A program made the position numbers and the translations under genes. Source: Octopus sinensis (Eukaryota). From it: 64,000 nucleotides of DNA. The notes under the pieces are model-generated. The model was not told the DNA's origin, searched no databases, and was given only the letters and a program-made list of their open reading frames with translations. Positions 39,801 to 51,800 of this stretch are shown here, piece after piece (positions within the stretch are counted from its first letter, which is position 1; every line of letters starts with the position of its first letter). The stretch is taken from assembly GCF_006345805.1 (NCBI RefSeq), contig NC_043000.1:64728001-64792000 (forward strand), in the 5' to 3' direction.

Positions 39801-42800
39801 ATAAGGGCTTGTTTAGCATACCTGACAACTGCTGTACAGAGATGTTATGAAAGAAACTAAGAAACAGATACAGCATCTTGCTATATTCAGGAGGATTCAT
39901 TCTTGGTTCCCTTCACTATTTTACTTTTTATTCAAGTAAAAAGAGTATATTTTGCACAGGGATATTATAGCACACTTTCTAAAGAAGTTAGGTTTAAAAA
40001 AATAACCTAATTGACTTACAGACCATCACTTTTAATATTACAGCCATTGCGTTTCATAACATACTGTCACTTTACATCTGGTTTTTATGCTGGTATGAGA
40101 TGGATGGGTCATAATGGTCTGAGTGAGTTTTTATTCAGAGTTACATGTCTCCAAATGGGTCAAAGACTATGTGTCACTTGTACATTCTATTTTTGGTAGA
40201 GTTTCAATGGAAAGATACTCTTCCTAGCAACCACCACTCAACAATATACTGGAGGCATTTTAATGTAACACTAATAGTAGTAAAGCCACTTTGTATCCAG
40301 TAAGGTTGAAGAGTTCTCATTACTATATGTTATCTGTATTCAATGTGATCAAGATGATGAATGAGAGAAAGGGAGAGGGCAAAACAGAAGAACCAGAATG
40401 AGAGGGTGAATGAAGAGAAAATATGTTGAGACAAACAGTGAATGGGATGAGAGGGTGATAGAGAGAAGAATGGCAGTTAGATGTTTGCTGGTAAGAGAGA
40501 GCTAATCAAAATAGATAAGATATTGGATTATCTGTTCACGGGTCATGGATTGAAACTATCTTGCATGTTTCACGGTGGAACATTTTAATATCTTTTATTA
40601 GAAATATGTACTGGATCAATGAGATTCAGACTACAGACCACTAGTCAAAGGCTTTTAACTTGCCATTGAATTTAGGCCCTGGTTCTGAATTTGCTTGTAT
40701 GCTTATGTCTATGTGCAAGCGGATACATACATACTTTTCGTTGCTGCTGTTGTTTAAATTCTCTCTGTTGATCACGCTGTGCCACATCCTGTGGAGAAGT
40801 AAGATGCCCTGAGATCTGCATATTTGGTTGGGCCGCTGAAACAGGTTTAGGTGCCTCTTGAGATATTTCCATCATATCAGAAGAACTATCACCAACATCC
40901 CTAACAGCTTGCAATTCTCTTTCATTTTTCTCTTCTCTTAAATGCTTGGCTGCTATCTGATCTAATTTCATCTTCTTGGCAGTTTCTGCATCAATCTTCT
41001 GTATAATTTGAGCATAGGTAACATCATCAACTTGTCTGTGAACTAGCCTAGACAGAAAAAAAACAATAAGGTTAATTGTAAAGTAAAGTATAAAATCATT
41101 ACCCCTTTAAGGTTCATAAAATAATTGTTCTATCAGTCAAATTTGTTGGGACAAACAACAAAATTCTCTATCTGTCAAACATACATACAATATCTTTTAC
41201 TTGTTTCAATCATTAGACTGCAGCCATGCTGGAGCACCCAAGTACACGTTTTTTTATTTAAAATCTGGTATTTATTCTATCAGTCTCTTGTTGCCAAACC
41301 ACTTAGTTATGAAGATGTAAACAAACCAACACTGGTTGTCAAATGGTGGTGACACACATACACGGTGACTTTGTTTTGCATGGTAGATTTTTTATAATAC
41401 ATAACATTTAAAGCAAGTATACTATGTCATAAAGAGGATTAGAGTTATTTCATGTCAATATTTATAATAATTTTAAGGTGGCAAGCTGCCATGATCATTA
41501 GCATGCTGGGCAGAATGCTAAATAGCATTTCGCCTGTCTTCAGGTTCTGAATTCAGATTCTGCCAATGTCGACTTTGCATTTCATCCTTTTGGGGTCAAT
41601 AAAATAAGTACCAGTTGAGTACTGGGGTTGAAGCAATCAACTTTATCCTTCCTTGAAATTGTTGGCCTTGTGTCAAAATTTGAGATCAATATTTATAATA
41701 ATTTTAACAGCTTCAAATATAAATCCTATTTAATTACCGTATAACTGCTTTGCCGCCAGTAAGTCCTAATTTCCGTAAGGGTGTGGTTTTCAAAGCAATT
41801 TCTCCAATAATCTAAACAGTAAGAAAAATTTAAATACAAATTATAATCATTAAAATGTATTTCTTAAAGGAAAGAGTTTGAATCAATTGTGTGGTAATAT
41901 CAAAGAAATAATATTCTATTATTCCTTTACCAGTTTTAGTCATTGGACTGTGGTCATGTTGAAGCACAATCTTCTAAGATTTTAGTTGATTTTATCAACC
42001 CCAGTATTTATTTTATTTATCTTGAAGGAAGTCCATTATTTACTTTTGATGGATATTTGTGCTCATCTTGTTTGTTGTTAACACGTTTCGGCTGATATAT
42101 TCTCCAGCCTTCATCAGGTGTTTTGGGGAAATTTCGAACCTGGGTTCTCATTCCTAAGGTATGTTTCGATGTTATTATTATAATTAGTATTACTACTATT
42201 CAGGTCACTGCCTGAATAATAACAACAACAACATCGAAAAATACCTTAGGAATGGGAACCCAGGTTCGAAATAAATACTTTGTGGTATTTGTTGTGGCTC
42301 TTTACATTCTGAACTCAAATCCCACCGAGGTCAGAGAAAATACACTACCAGTAGAGTACTGGAGTCAAGGGTATCAACTAACCCTCCCCACAAAATTGTT
42401 GGCCTTGTCCTATGTTAGAAACAGTTATTATTATTATTATTATATTATTATTATTATTATTATCATCAATGTGGTGAGCTGGCAGAAACATGCCAGACAA
42501 AATACTTAGTAGCAGGTGATCTGTCTTTATGCCCCAAGTTCAAATTCCACTGAGACTGACTTAACTTTACATCCTTTCAAGGTTGATGAAATAAGTACCA
42601 GTTGAGCACAAAATTTGAGGTCTTGACCCTATAAAAGAAAGGGTCATTATTTGACTAAAGCAAAAAAGGTGGTGTTGTGGACGAGGCTGAAAGGACTGAA
42701 GACAAACACTTTCCTCTTTGGCCAAGCCCTCATCAACTTTTTCAGGTTCCACTTGAAAAAGGAAAGTGAGCATGAATGTGGCAAAAATGGCTCATGTGAA

Positions 42801-45800
42801 CGGGCCTTCTCTGAACATTCACTTGTAAGCTGGAGCGGTTGAGTGGAAGAAGAGTGCCTGCCTGAGGTACTCTTGGTGGTCGGGGTGACCAAGATGCGTG
42901 AGGTGCCTTGGTTGGTCCTGGGTGGAACACCCCCGTTGGGGACTTTTGTTGTTGATTGTCATTGTTACTTTATTTTTTAGCCGATTTTTGTGTTAAACCC
43001 TAAATGTCCCTTCTTTTGTATTGTCCCTGTTTGCTTTTGTGCTTGGCCCTTGTGGCCAATAAAAAAGTGATTATTATTATTATCATTATTATTAAGTGAA
43101 ATAAAACTTCACTAACCTCTTCCCTCATATATATACAAATAGGGTGCACACATGTTGAGCCGCTTGTATCAACTTCTGTTGTTAAAAGTGGTTGCAAAGA
43201 GCTGTAGGTGAAATAAATGAATATACAAAAACATGTAGATTGTAATGGACTTTGTGAATTATTAAATTAGACAGAAAATTATTTTATACAAAACAAGAGG
43301 TTTTATGAGAAATAAGTAAAAAGCATTGACGTACCCAGCATTGCTTGGGTATTAAATACTCAGCAATGGTCTTAAATAAGGGAATGCATACACAAGACAA
43401 CAAAAATGAGAGCATGTATTTTACAGAGACAATAAAAAAGGAGGGCTTGTTCTATAAACAAGTGAATTGAGTGTACATATATAAAGATAACCAAAATAAG
43501 AGTGTGTATTTGCAGAAAACAAAGGAACCAAAAGACAAACTATCAACAGTATCATTGTCAGTGGTATGTTTCAAAACAATTGGATGTACTCACCTGTCTG
43601 CTTCCTTCTGCCAGTGTTGTAATATTTCCCATAATGTTACTTGAGGCAGAAAACTTTTCTGAAGTCGTGTACCATCAGACAATTGTAAGGCAACTATTAT
43701 CTCAGATTCTTTTCGTGGTGTTGCTGCTTTCACTAATTCTAGCTTAGCATTGTTTGTTAAATTTAAATAGCGAATGGACAATGTTAAATCAAGGACTGTT
43801 CGGCCATGCCTGAAAATTTACAAGAAAGAAAATTAAAAAGAAACTCATTGTAACCATAATATCATGAAGACACAACAGTAACCTCTAATCTTTTAAGAGA
43901 TATTCGATGCATGCAATATCCTCAATTGTGATTCTACTTGTATAAAAATATAAATAAAAAACTTGCTCTATAAAAGCTTATTTTATGGGATTTAACAACA
44001 TCAACAAATAAAAAATTCTATGACAGTTTTGTTTCTTTAGTTCCTGTTGAAACAAATACTAATTAGGCATAATACTTTGGTGATATGCCATGCTTGTATA
44101 GACCTGTCAAGCCAAGTGAGATTGTAGTTGTGGCTGATGTTGGGGTCATAACAGTGGCACATAAAAAACACCCACTACACACTTGGAGATGTTGATGTTA
44201 GGAAGGGCATCCGACTGTAGAGACCTTGCCAAATCAGACTGGAACCCGTTTACAAATTTTCAGTCAAACTGTTCAACCCATGCCAGCATGGAAAGCAGAT
44301 GTTAAATGATGATGGTTTTATTATTTCTACTTTTGCATAAGGGACAAAAGTCACCCACAGTGAGATTTGGATTAATAGAAAATGTGAAGCAATTAGGGAT
44401 TGGTTACATCTAAATACTGTAAGGCATGTAGTGGTAAAGAAAATGATAATTTAACTTGCTACATTTGAGTTCTTTTGCAGACAATACATAGAGGATGTTA
44501 TCAAACATACCCTTTTTTTTTATGATGATAGAATTTTGTTTGAGGGAAATTTGATAACTATTTCAAGCAAGTCATGTGGCTACAAAGGTTGGATTGACAG
44601 AGTAAGAAGTTTAGATAAGTAAATGTAAACTTGAGAAGTAGATTGAACTCAAATAACTGGGTAAGAGGCTGTAGTTGTTGTTCAGCCCCAAGCCAGTCCA
44701 ATTGAACAAACTTATCAAATGCACTCAAATGATTTGCTTACTTACAAGGTTTTAATTCAACAGCGGCCATTTATTTTCAATATATTTTTTTTACAACCAA
44801 TGTTAACAGAAGCAAATTAGCTGTTTATTTTGCACCAGGACAGAACCTGGTAGAGACATGTCTAATACATGAGTAGGAAGTGATGAACTAGGAGTAAAAC
44901 CAAATAAAGAAGCTGCTGCAATACTGTTTTTCAGTTACATCAAGACATTAAAATAGAAAATTACTTATCTTTTACTTTTGTCAGTTACTGGACAGCAGCC
45001 ATACTGTTGAAGGATTTTAGTTGAACAAATTTCACCTCAGTAGCTGTTTTTTTTTTAAAAGTCTGATACTTATTTTATTAATCTCTTTTATCAAACTGCT
45101 AAATTATGAGGGTGTAAACAAACCAACACCAGTTGTCAAGAAGTGATGGGGATAGCCATACACATATATGATGGGCTTCCACACAGTTTCCATCCACCAA
45201 ATTTATTCACAAGGCATTGGTTGGCATGGGTCTATAGTAGAAGACACTTGCACAAGGTGCCATTCTGTGGGACTGAACCCAAAGCCTTGCAAAGCCAACT
45301 TCTTAATCACACAGTCATGTCTGTTTATTTTTGTTTACTTTCAAACAAGAGTGCTGCAATTTCACCAAAACCATTTCTCTCTTTTGAATAATACACAATC
45401 AACTTAATGTAATATTGAAGTTCCTTGGAACACCCAAATCATAGCTGCAATCTCTCAAAGTTTGCCAAAATATTGCTTTTTCTAAAAATGTAAGTTTAGA
45501 ACAATAATTCAGTCACATTGAATTTACATTTTTCCTACAGTTGAATGCATGCTTTACTCCACAGTAGAATTACATAAGATTGCCAGAGTGTCATATTATC
45601 AAGTGCCCTCACTTCCCTGGGATCAACATTACAAACAAATCTTTTCATGTAGCCTATTTATCTAAGCTGGAGTTTACCAGCTCTTTGTGAATTAGGTTCT
45701 ATATACTCTGTAATACACTAACCAATGTGTTCTTTCCTCTTTTTAAGGTGATAAGACATGATTTGGGGAAGATTTGACTGCTATTTCTATCAAGGAGAGC

Positions 45801-48800
45801 ACCTATGTAGAGATTCCTTCATCGATTAACCTTAGTATTAATGCTTTGGTTGGTGGAAAAAAAAAAGGATAGATGAGAGCAATGGAATGGACTGATTTAA
45901 AAGGCTGGCAGATGCTGAAGTGAAACTTGGAGACATAACAAAGCAAAGAAAAAGTGTTAATAGTGATGAACTACAACAATAATTATTACTTCATTAAATT
46001 CAATGTGTTGTAAAAGAAGAGAATTACAATCTTTTGGAAAGAAACAGGCTGAGACATATCATAAATTAGATAGGATCTTTCTACAATTCAAGTAGATAAT
46101 AACAGTGACTTAGATCTTAGAAGTTTGTGTCACATAGCAGAAAAAATGGTTCTTAGCAAACTGGTTTAATAATATATTATCAGAAACAAATTGTTAATGA
46201 CAATGAAGATGATTATAATGTAAAGAACTTACATGAGAGAATAATCTTCAGGTGGTAAAAACCCTTGTTTTTTACAGCAGTCTTCTAATATCTTTAAATA
46301 GAAAAAAATAATAGTAATGACATTATAACATTAGATCATCATCATTTAACGTCTGCTTTCCATGCTGGCATGGGTTGGATGGCTTGACTGAGAACTGGTA
46401 AGCTGGAAGGCTGCACCAGGCTCCAATCTAATTTGGCATGGTTTCTACAGCTGGATGCCCTTCCTAATGCCAACCATTATGAGAGTGTAGTGAGTGCTTT
46501 TTTGTGCCACTCAGACAGCCAGAACTATGATTTCACTTGGTTCAACAGGTCTTCACAAGCATGGCATATCACCTGACAACTGAAGGGTGCTTTTAAATGG
46601 GTCAGTTATTTGACACTGGCATTGGCCGATCTCACTTGGCTTGCTGGGTCTTCTCAAGTGTGGCACGTCTCCAAAGGTCTCAGTTGCTTGTCATTGCTTC
46701 TGTGAGGCCCAACGTTTGAAGGTCGTGCTTCACTATCTCATCCCATGTCTTCCTGGGTCTACCTCTTCCACAAGTTCCCTCCACTGTTAGAGTGACACTT
46801 CTTCATACAGCTGTCCTCATCCATACGCATCACATGACCATGCCAGTGCAGTTGTCTCCCTTGCACATCACATCTGATGCTTCTTATGTCCAACTTTTCA
46901 TTCAGGATGCTTACACTCTGTCGTGTATGCACATTGACATTACACATCCAGCAGTGCATACTAGTTCCATTTTTTTAAAGCCAATGCATGTCCTCAGCAG
47001 TTACAGCCCATGTTTCCCTGCCGTGTAGCACGGCTGTTCGCACACAGGCATCATACAATCTATCTTTCACTCTGAGCGAGAGACCCTCTGTTACCAGCAG
47101 AGGTAGGAACTCTCTGAACTTTGCCCAAGCTATTCTTATTAGGGCAGCTACGCTCTCAGAGAATCCAGCCTGACTCCTGATATGGTCACCTAGGTAATGG
47201 AAGCTATCAACTACTTCTAGTTTTTCCCCTTGGCATGGGATGGAATCTGTTTTCTGTACATTTTTGGTGTTTATTGCACTTGCGCTTCTTCTACACACAA
47301 AAACTATCTTCCTAGTTAACCTTTCTTTGATATTGTTGCACTTCTTATGTGTCCATAGCTTATACCAGGTACACCTTATGGAGTTTCTACCTATGCCTTT
47401 TCTACAGATCGAGCAGGACCATCTATCTGAAGGGATTTGTGATTTGTCCACCTTCCTACTTACTAAGACTTGGGTTTTTGCTAGGTTAACTCTAAGGCCC
47501 TTCGATTCTAGACCTTGCTTCCACACCTGAAACTTCTTTTCTAGTTCTGGTAGTGACTCAGCTATTAGCAACATCATCAGCATAGAGGAGTTCCCAGGGG
47601 TAGCCTGTCTTGAATTCAAGACAGGCTGCCTGGAGGACTATGATGAACAAAAGGGGACCGAGGACTGATCATTGGTGAACCTCTACTTTTACTCTGAATT
47701 CTTCAATGTACATGTCGCCAACACTCACTTTACTGATAACATCCCTGTACATGGCTAGTACAGCTCTCACCAACCACTCGTCTATCCTAGTTTCCACATT
47801 GATGATCAGATAAGGGATTAGGGGACCCTGTCAAAGGCTTTCCCCATGTCAACAAAATCCAAGTACAGAGGTTTATCTTTGGCCAGGTATTTCTCCTGCA
47901 GCTGTCTTACCAGAAATATAGCATCAGTGGTGCTTCTCCATAGCACAAACCCAAACTGCATCTCATCTCTCTCCCTAATTAGTTGGGCCGTGACCCTCTC
48001 TTTGACTTTCACCACCGGATCAATCAATATGATACCTTTGTAATTATTTCTAAGTTATCACCATTACCTTTGTAGCAGTTGACTATGGTGCTTCTACACA
48101 AGTCACTGGGTAGGACTCCTTTGTGTATCATCTGGTTAACTAGTCTATAGCCTACACCACCAGATATTTTAAGCATCTCAGCAGTGATTCCTGTTGGGCC
48201 AGGGCTTTCCCAGTCTTCATACCCTTAATTGCTTTTTCTACCAAGGTACTGTCAATTTGGATAGCTGGTCCCTCTGCTGGGTTGACATTTGGTGGACTTT
48301 CTTTCTCCCATGCATTCTCTTCATTTAGCAACCTTTCATAGTGGCATTTCCGAGTCTCTCTCTTTGCAACATCATTAAATGCAAGTGAGTCATCATCATA
48401 AATGTGATAAACCAGTAATTATAAATTTAAAACATAAATGTTTCCTCATTGTAGCATTGAATATTTTATAATTATTTTATGTTAAATTACTAACAGTAGA
48501 ATTATGTAAGACCAGCAGAATCTTGTTTTATCCAGTGCCTTTGTTTTCCAAGAAGTATTGTTGAAATCCCAATGGCTTAAATGAATATATTTTATCACTG
48601 CCTTCTAGAATTTGATACAACCACTTTATAATGTAATATTTAATTTTACACATACAACAGGAAAGCCTTGATAACTTTATCTTAATTTTTTCAACATTGT
48701 GAAATCACTTTTTGACTGGATTTCCAAAACATGCTTGGTTATCAAAAGTGATCCAAAGCTCAAAATGGTGATGGAGTGAAGTAATCTCTTAACACCATGT

Positions 48801-51800
48801 TTTAATTCAGTATAGAAAAAGTTGTCATACAGTCTCAACAAGCTATATTACAAGCTACTGAATAAAAAAACAAAACAAAAAAACAACTTAATAACACTGA
48901 ATAAAACTGCAAACATTTGGCTATGCTAGAGTCTCTTTTAAGCAAATGAACATATACAGTAACAATGATAATAAAATAAGTTTGGAAACATAAGATCATC
49001 GTGACATATCAAACCCTCATTCGGCGATCTTACGGTACAAGTACCATAACTGCCAATTATAAACCCACGTGGGTTTGTTTACATTTCTAAAGAAAAAAGA
49101 AACCCTTTTCCCCCACCCCTAACCCCACATATATATATATTAAGAAAACTTTACGGAAAGTGACAATCTTCTTCTTCAAATGTAAACAAACAGACTTGGC
49201 AGCTATGGTACTTGTACCGAAAGATGCCCCTTCATTCCATTACAGTTGCAACAAATAATTCTATCGCATCAAAATAAAAAAAATCCTGATCTGTTTGAAC
49301 ACTTATGACATGCCTATGAATTTGAGATGTTATTTGTTTTAATTACAAACGTTTTGCTATTTCTTGTAAATACGTTGTTTTGTTCTGCAGAGAATATGGT
49401 ATCAGGTGGTCTATAATTATCTTGAATTGTTCTGATAGTTCTAACAATAATGTGAGACCATGACAGTTTCATGCATACTTGCCTGTAGTGAAATAGCTCA
49501 CTCTTTAATTTTATAAAATGACTTTGTTGGTTGACAACTGAAATTATGGATTACAACATTGAAGCCTCAATGCATCAACTGTAGTATTTGCTAATACTTG
49601 AAAGACTTAAAAAGGTCAATAATATAGTTAGTACTATAGTCAGGAAAATGATATACCCTTAAATAAGCAAATATAATTTGTAAGCTCGTAACTTTTAGGA
49701 GCTCAAACTTGCAAATTACGATGTAATGATGTCAATTTGACTAGGTTTTTTTAAAACATTTATATTTCATTGAAAGCTAATTTCAAGATTTATTCAGTTA
49801 TTCTAAAGTTAGAAAGGATTTCCATAGTGTGATGGTCCTAAGATTGAAGGATCAAATTTAATGTTTTACAGACAGAAAAAACAAGAGTATGCATAGCAAG
49901 AGATAGAGTGGTGATTCAATGGATCTGTTTGACTGTTAGCAGTCAGCAGTTTCTGAAGAACATTCTATCAATGGCAAGAATATCTTTCCACTAGATATAT
50001 TCCACAAAACTATATCATTTATTACACATCTCACAATAGGCTAAACACTGATCCATAACAAAGAAAACACAGAAAGTATGACTTATCACCATAGTCACAA
50101 TGTTAGATAATAAAATACCCATACTTTCCTAAATACTATTAAGTCTAAAGCTAAAATAGTTAAGTATTATGAATGGAATTTGGAATAATGATGGTGTGGG
50201 AGTAATCAAAACTGCTGGAATGAGACGAGAAATTTCTTTTAAATAAGACTTTATCTAAATAAAACATCGGTTATTAATTATTATTTATTGTTTTCGATTA
50301 ACTTATTTCAAATTTAAAATATTGGTAGTCATCAACTACAATTAATTGAATATTTACAACTCAACCTTTTATAAAATCCACCTCACAATACATTGTTTAT
50401 AATACTGCATTCAAATAGGTTTTATTATGGTTCAAATCTTTTCGTAAAAAAACAATTGATTCAATATTTATGACTTAAAATTTCATCGGCTCTCGGAAAA
50501 CAGTAGTCATTTAACATTGTGTGCGAATACTTTCTTTTAATTTTTCTTAGTTAACAACTGAATTAATTTTATACATACGAAGCCCAAACGACGAGAAATT
50601 TCTAAATTTTGTGAGCATTTTTGATTACCGCCCTTGATTCTTAAATGCATGCTCAAGTATACGAGCGCCTAAATGCAATTAAGTGAAATGATATACCAGT
50701 ATATCAACAGAACAACATATTTAGTTCAACCTAATAAAAATGACTACGCCAATAGTGGTGAAGGTAGTTAAATCTACTAGAGTTAGGGTACTAGATATGG
50801 GCTTCATATAGTGATTCAAAAATACATAGCGTTTTCCCCAAGCATATAGGGATTTGAACACAGCACTACGAGATCACGAAATATTCGTTAATTTTACACT
50901 TCGGCTTGTACAGAGAACTAATTCACTCTTCGTACTTGCTGAGTGCTCGGTGTAATCTTGCGTTTTGATTACAGTTACAAAAGTAGCGCTCCTGTCACGT
51001 TATGAACCTCAGTTGTTTCGATTCAGCAAATCCTAGACAAAGAATATAAATCCGCACGAACAATGTGCTTGAAAAGCATAATACGCGCACATTAATAAAT
51101 CAATTAAACTATGAACTAATAGTTCAATTAAACCATTAGTTAACTTTCAATTTCAAATTAAGATTGGCCTATACTCGTGTTTAAATATCACTGTTGAAAT
51201 TTTTATCACCCAAAATAATATTAAGCGATTAATAGGTGAAAATATTATATTTCAACTTCAGCGGTTAAAATATATTTTAGAGGTGTTAACTATTCAGTGT
51301 CACCTTTGCAAGCTTTCGTTTTCCTTTTCTTATGACCAAAAGATCAGCAAATTTTTATGTATAGAAAGAAAAGTGTATATTCTTTTCTACGCACAAGACC
51401 CGAAATTTTGGGGAAGTGGGGGGGGGGGGCAGTCGATTAGATCGATCCCAATACGCAACTGGTACTTAATTTATCGACCCCGAAAGGTGGAAAGGCAAAG
51501 TCAACCTCGGCGGAAGGAAGGTTTATATTAAAAAGGAACTGTTAGTGTTATTTTGCTACGAGAGTAATGAAGTAAAACATGTGGAGGTTCATAACAATTC
51601 TTGCTTCTTTTATAATATATTACTTTCATATATGAAAACATGCTGAGGTTCTGGTTGTGACAACTGTATCACAAGCTAGAAGTCGAAAACATATAACATA
51701 TATATATATAAAATATAAATTAGAGATAAAACCACTATTATGCAACTCAAACAATGACTGGGCGAATAATTACAATAACTCGTCTGCCTTATGCTATATT

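Noticed and set aside
50925-50975. Minus-strand KITPST resembling human TUG KVTPST
   Set aside because: No start or splice context, and the true exon 1 was found at 51865-51945.
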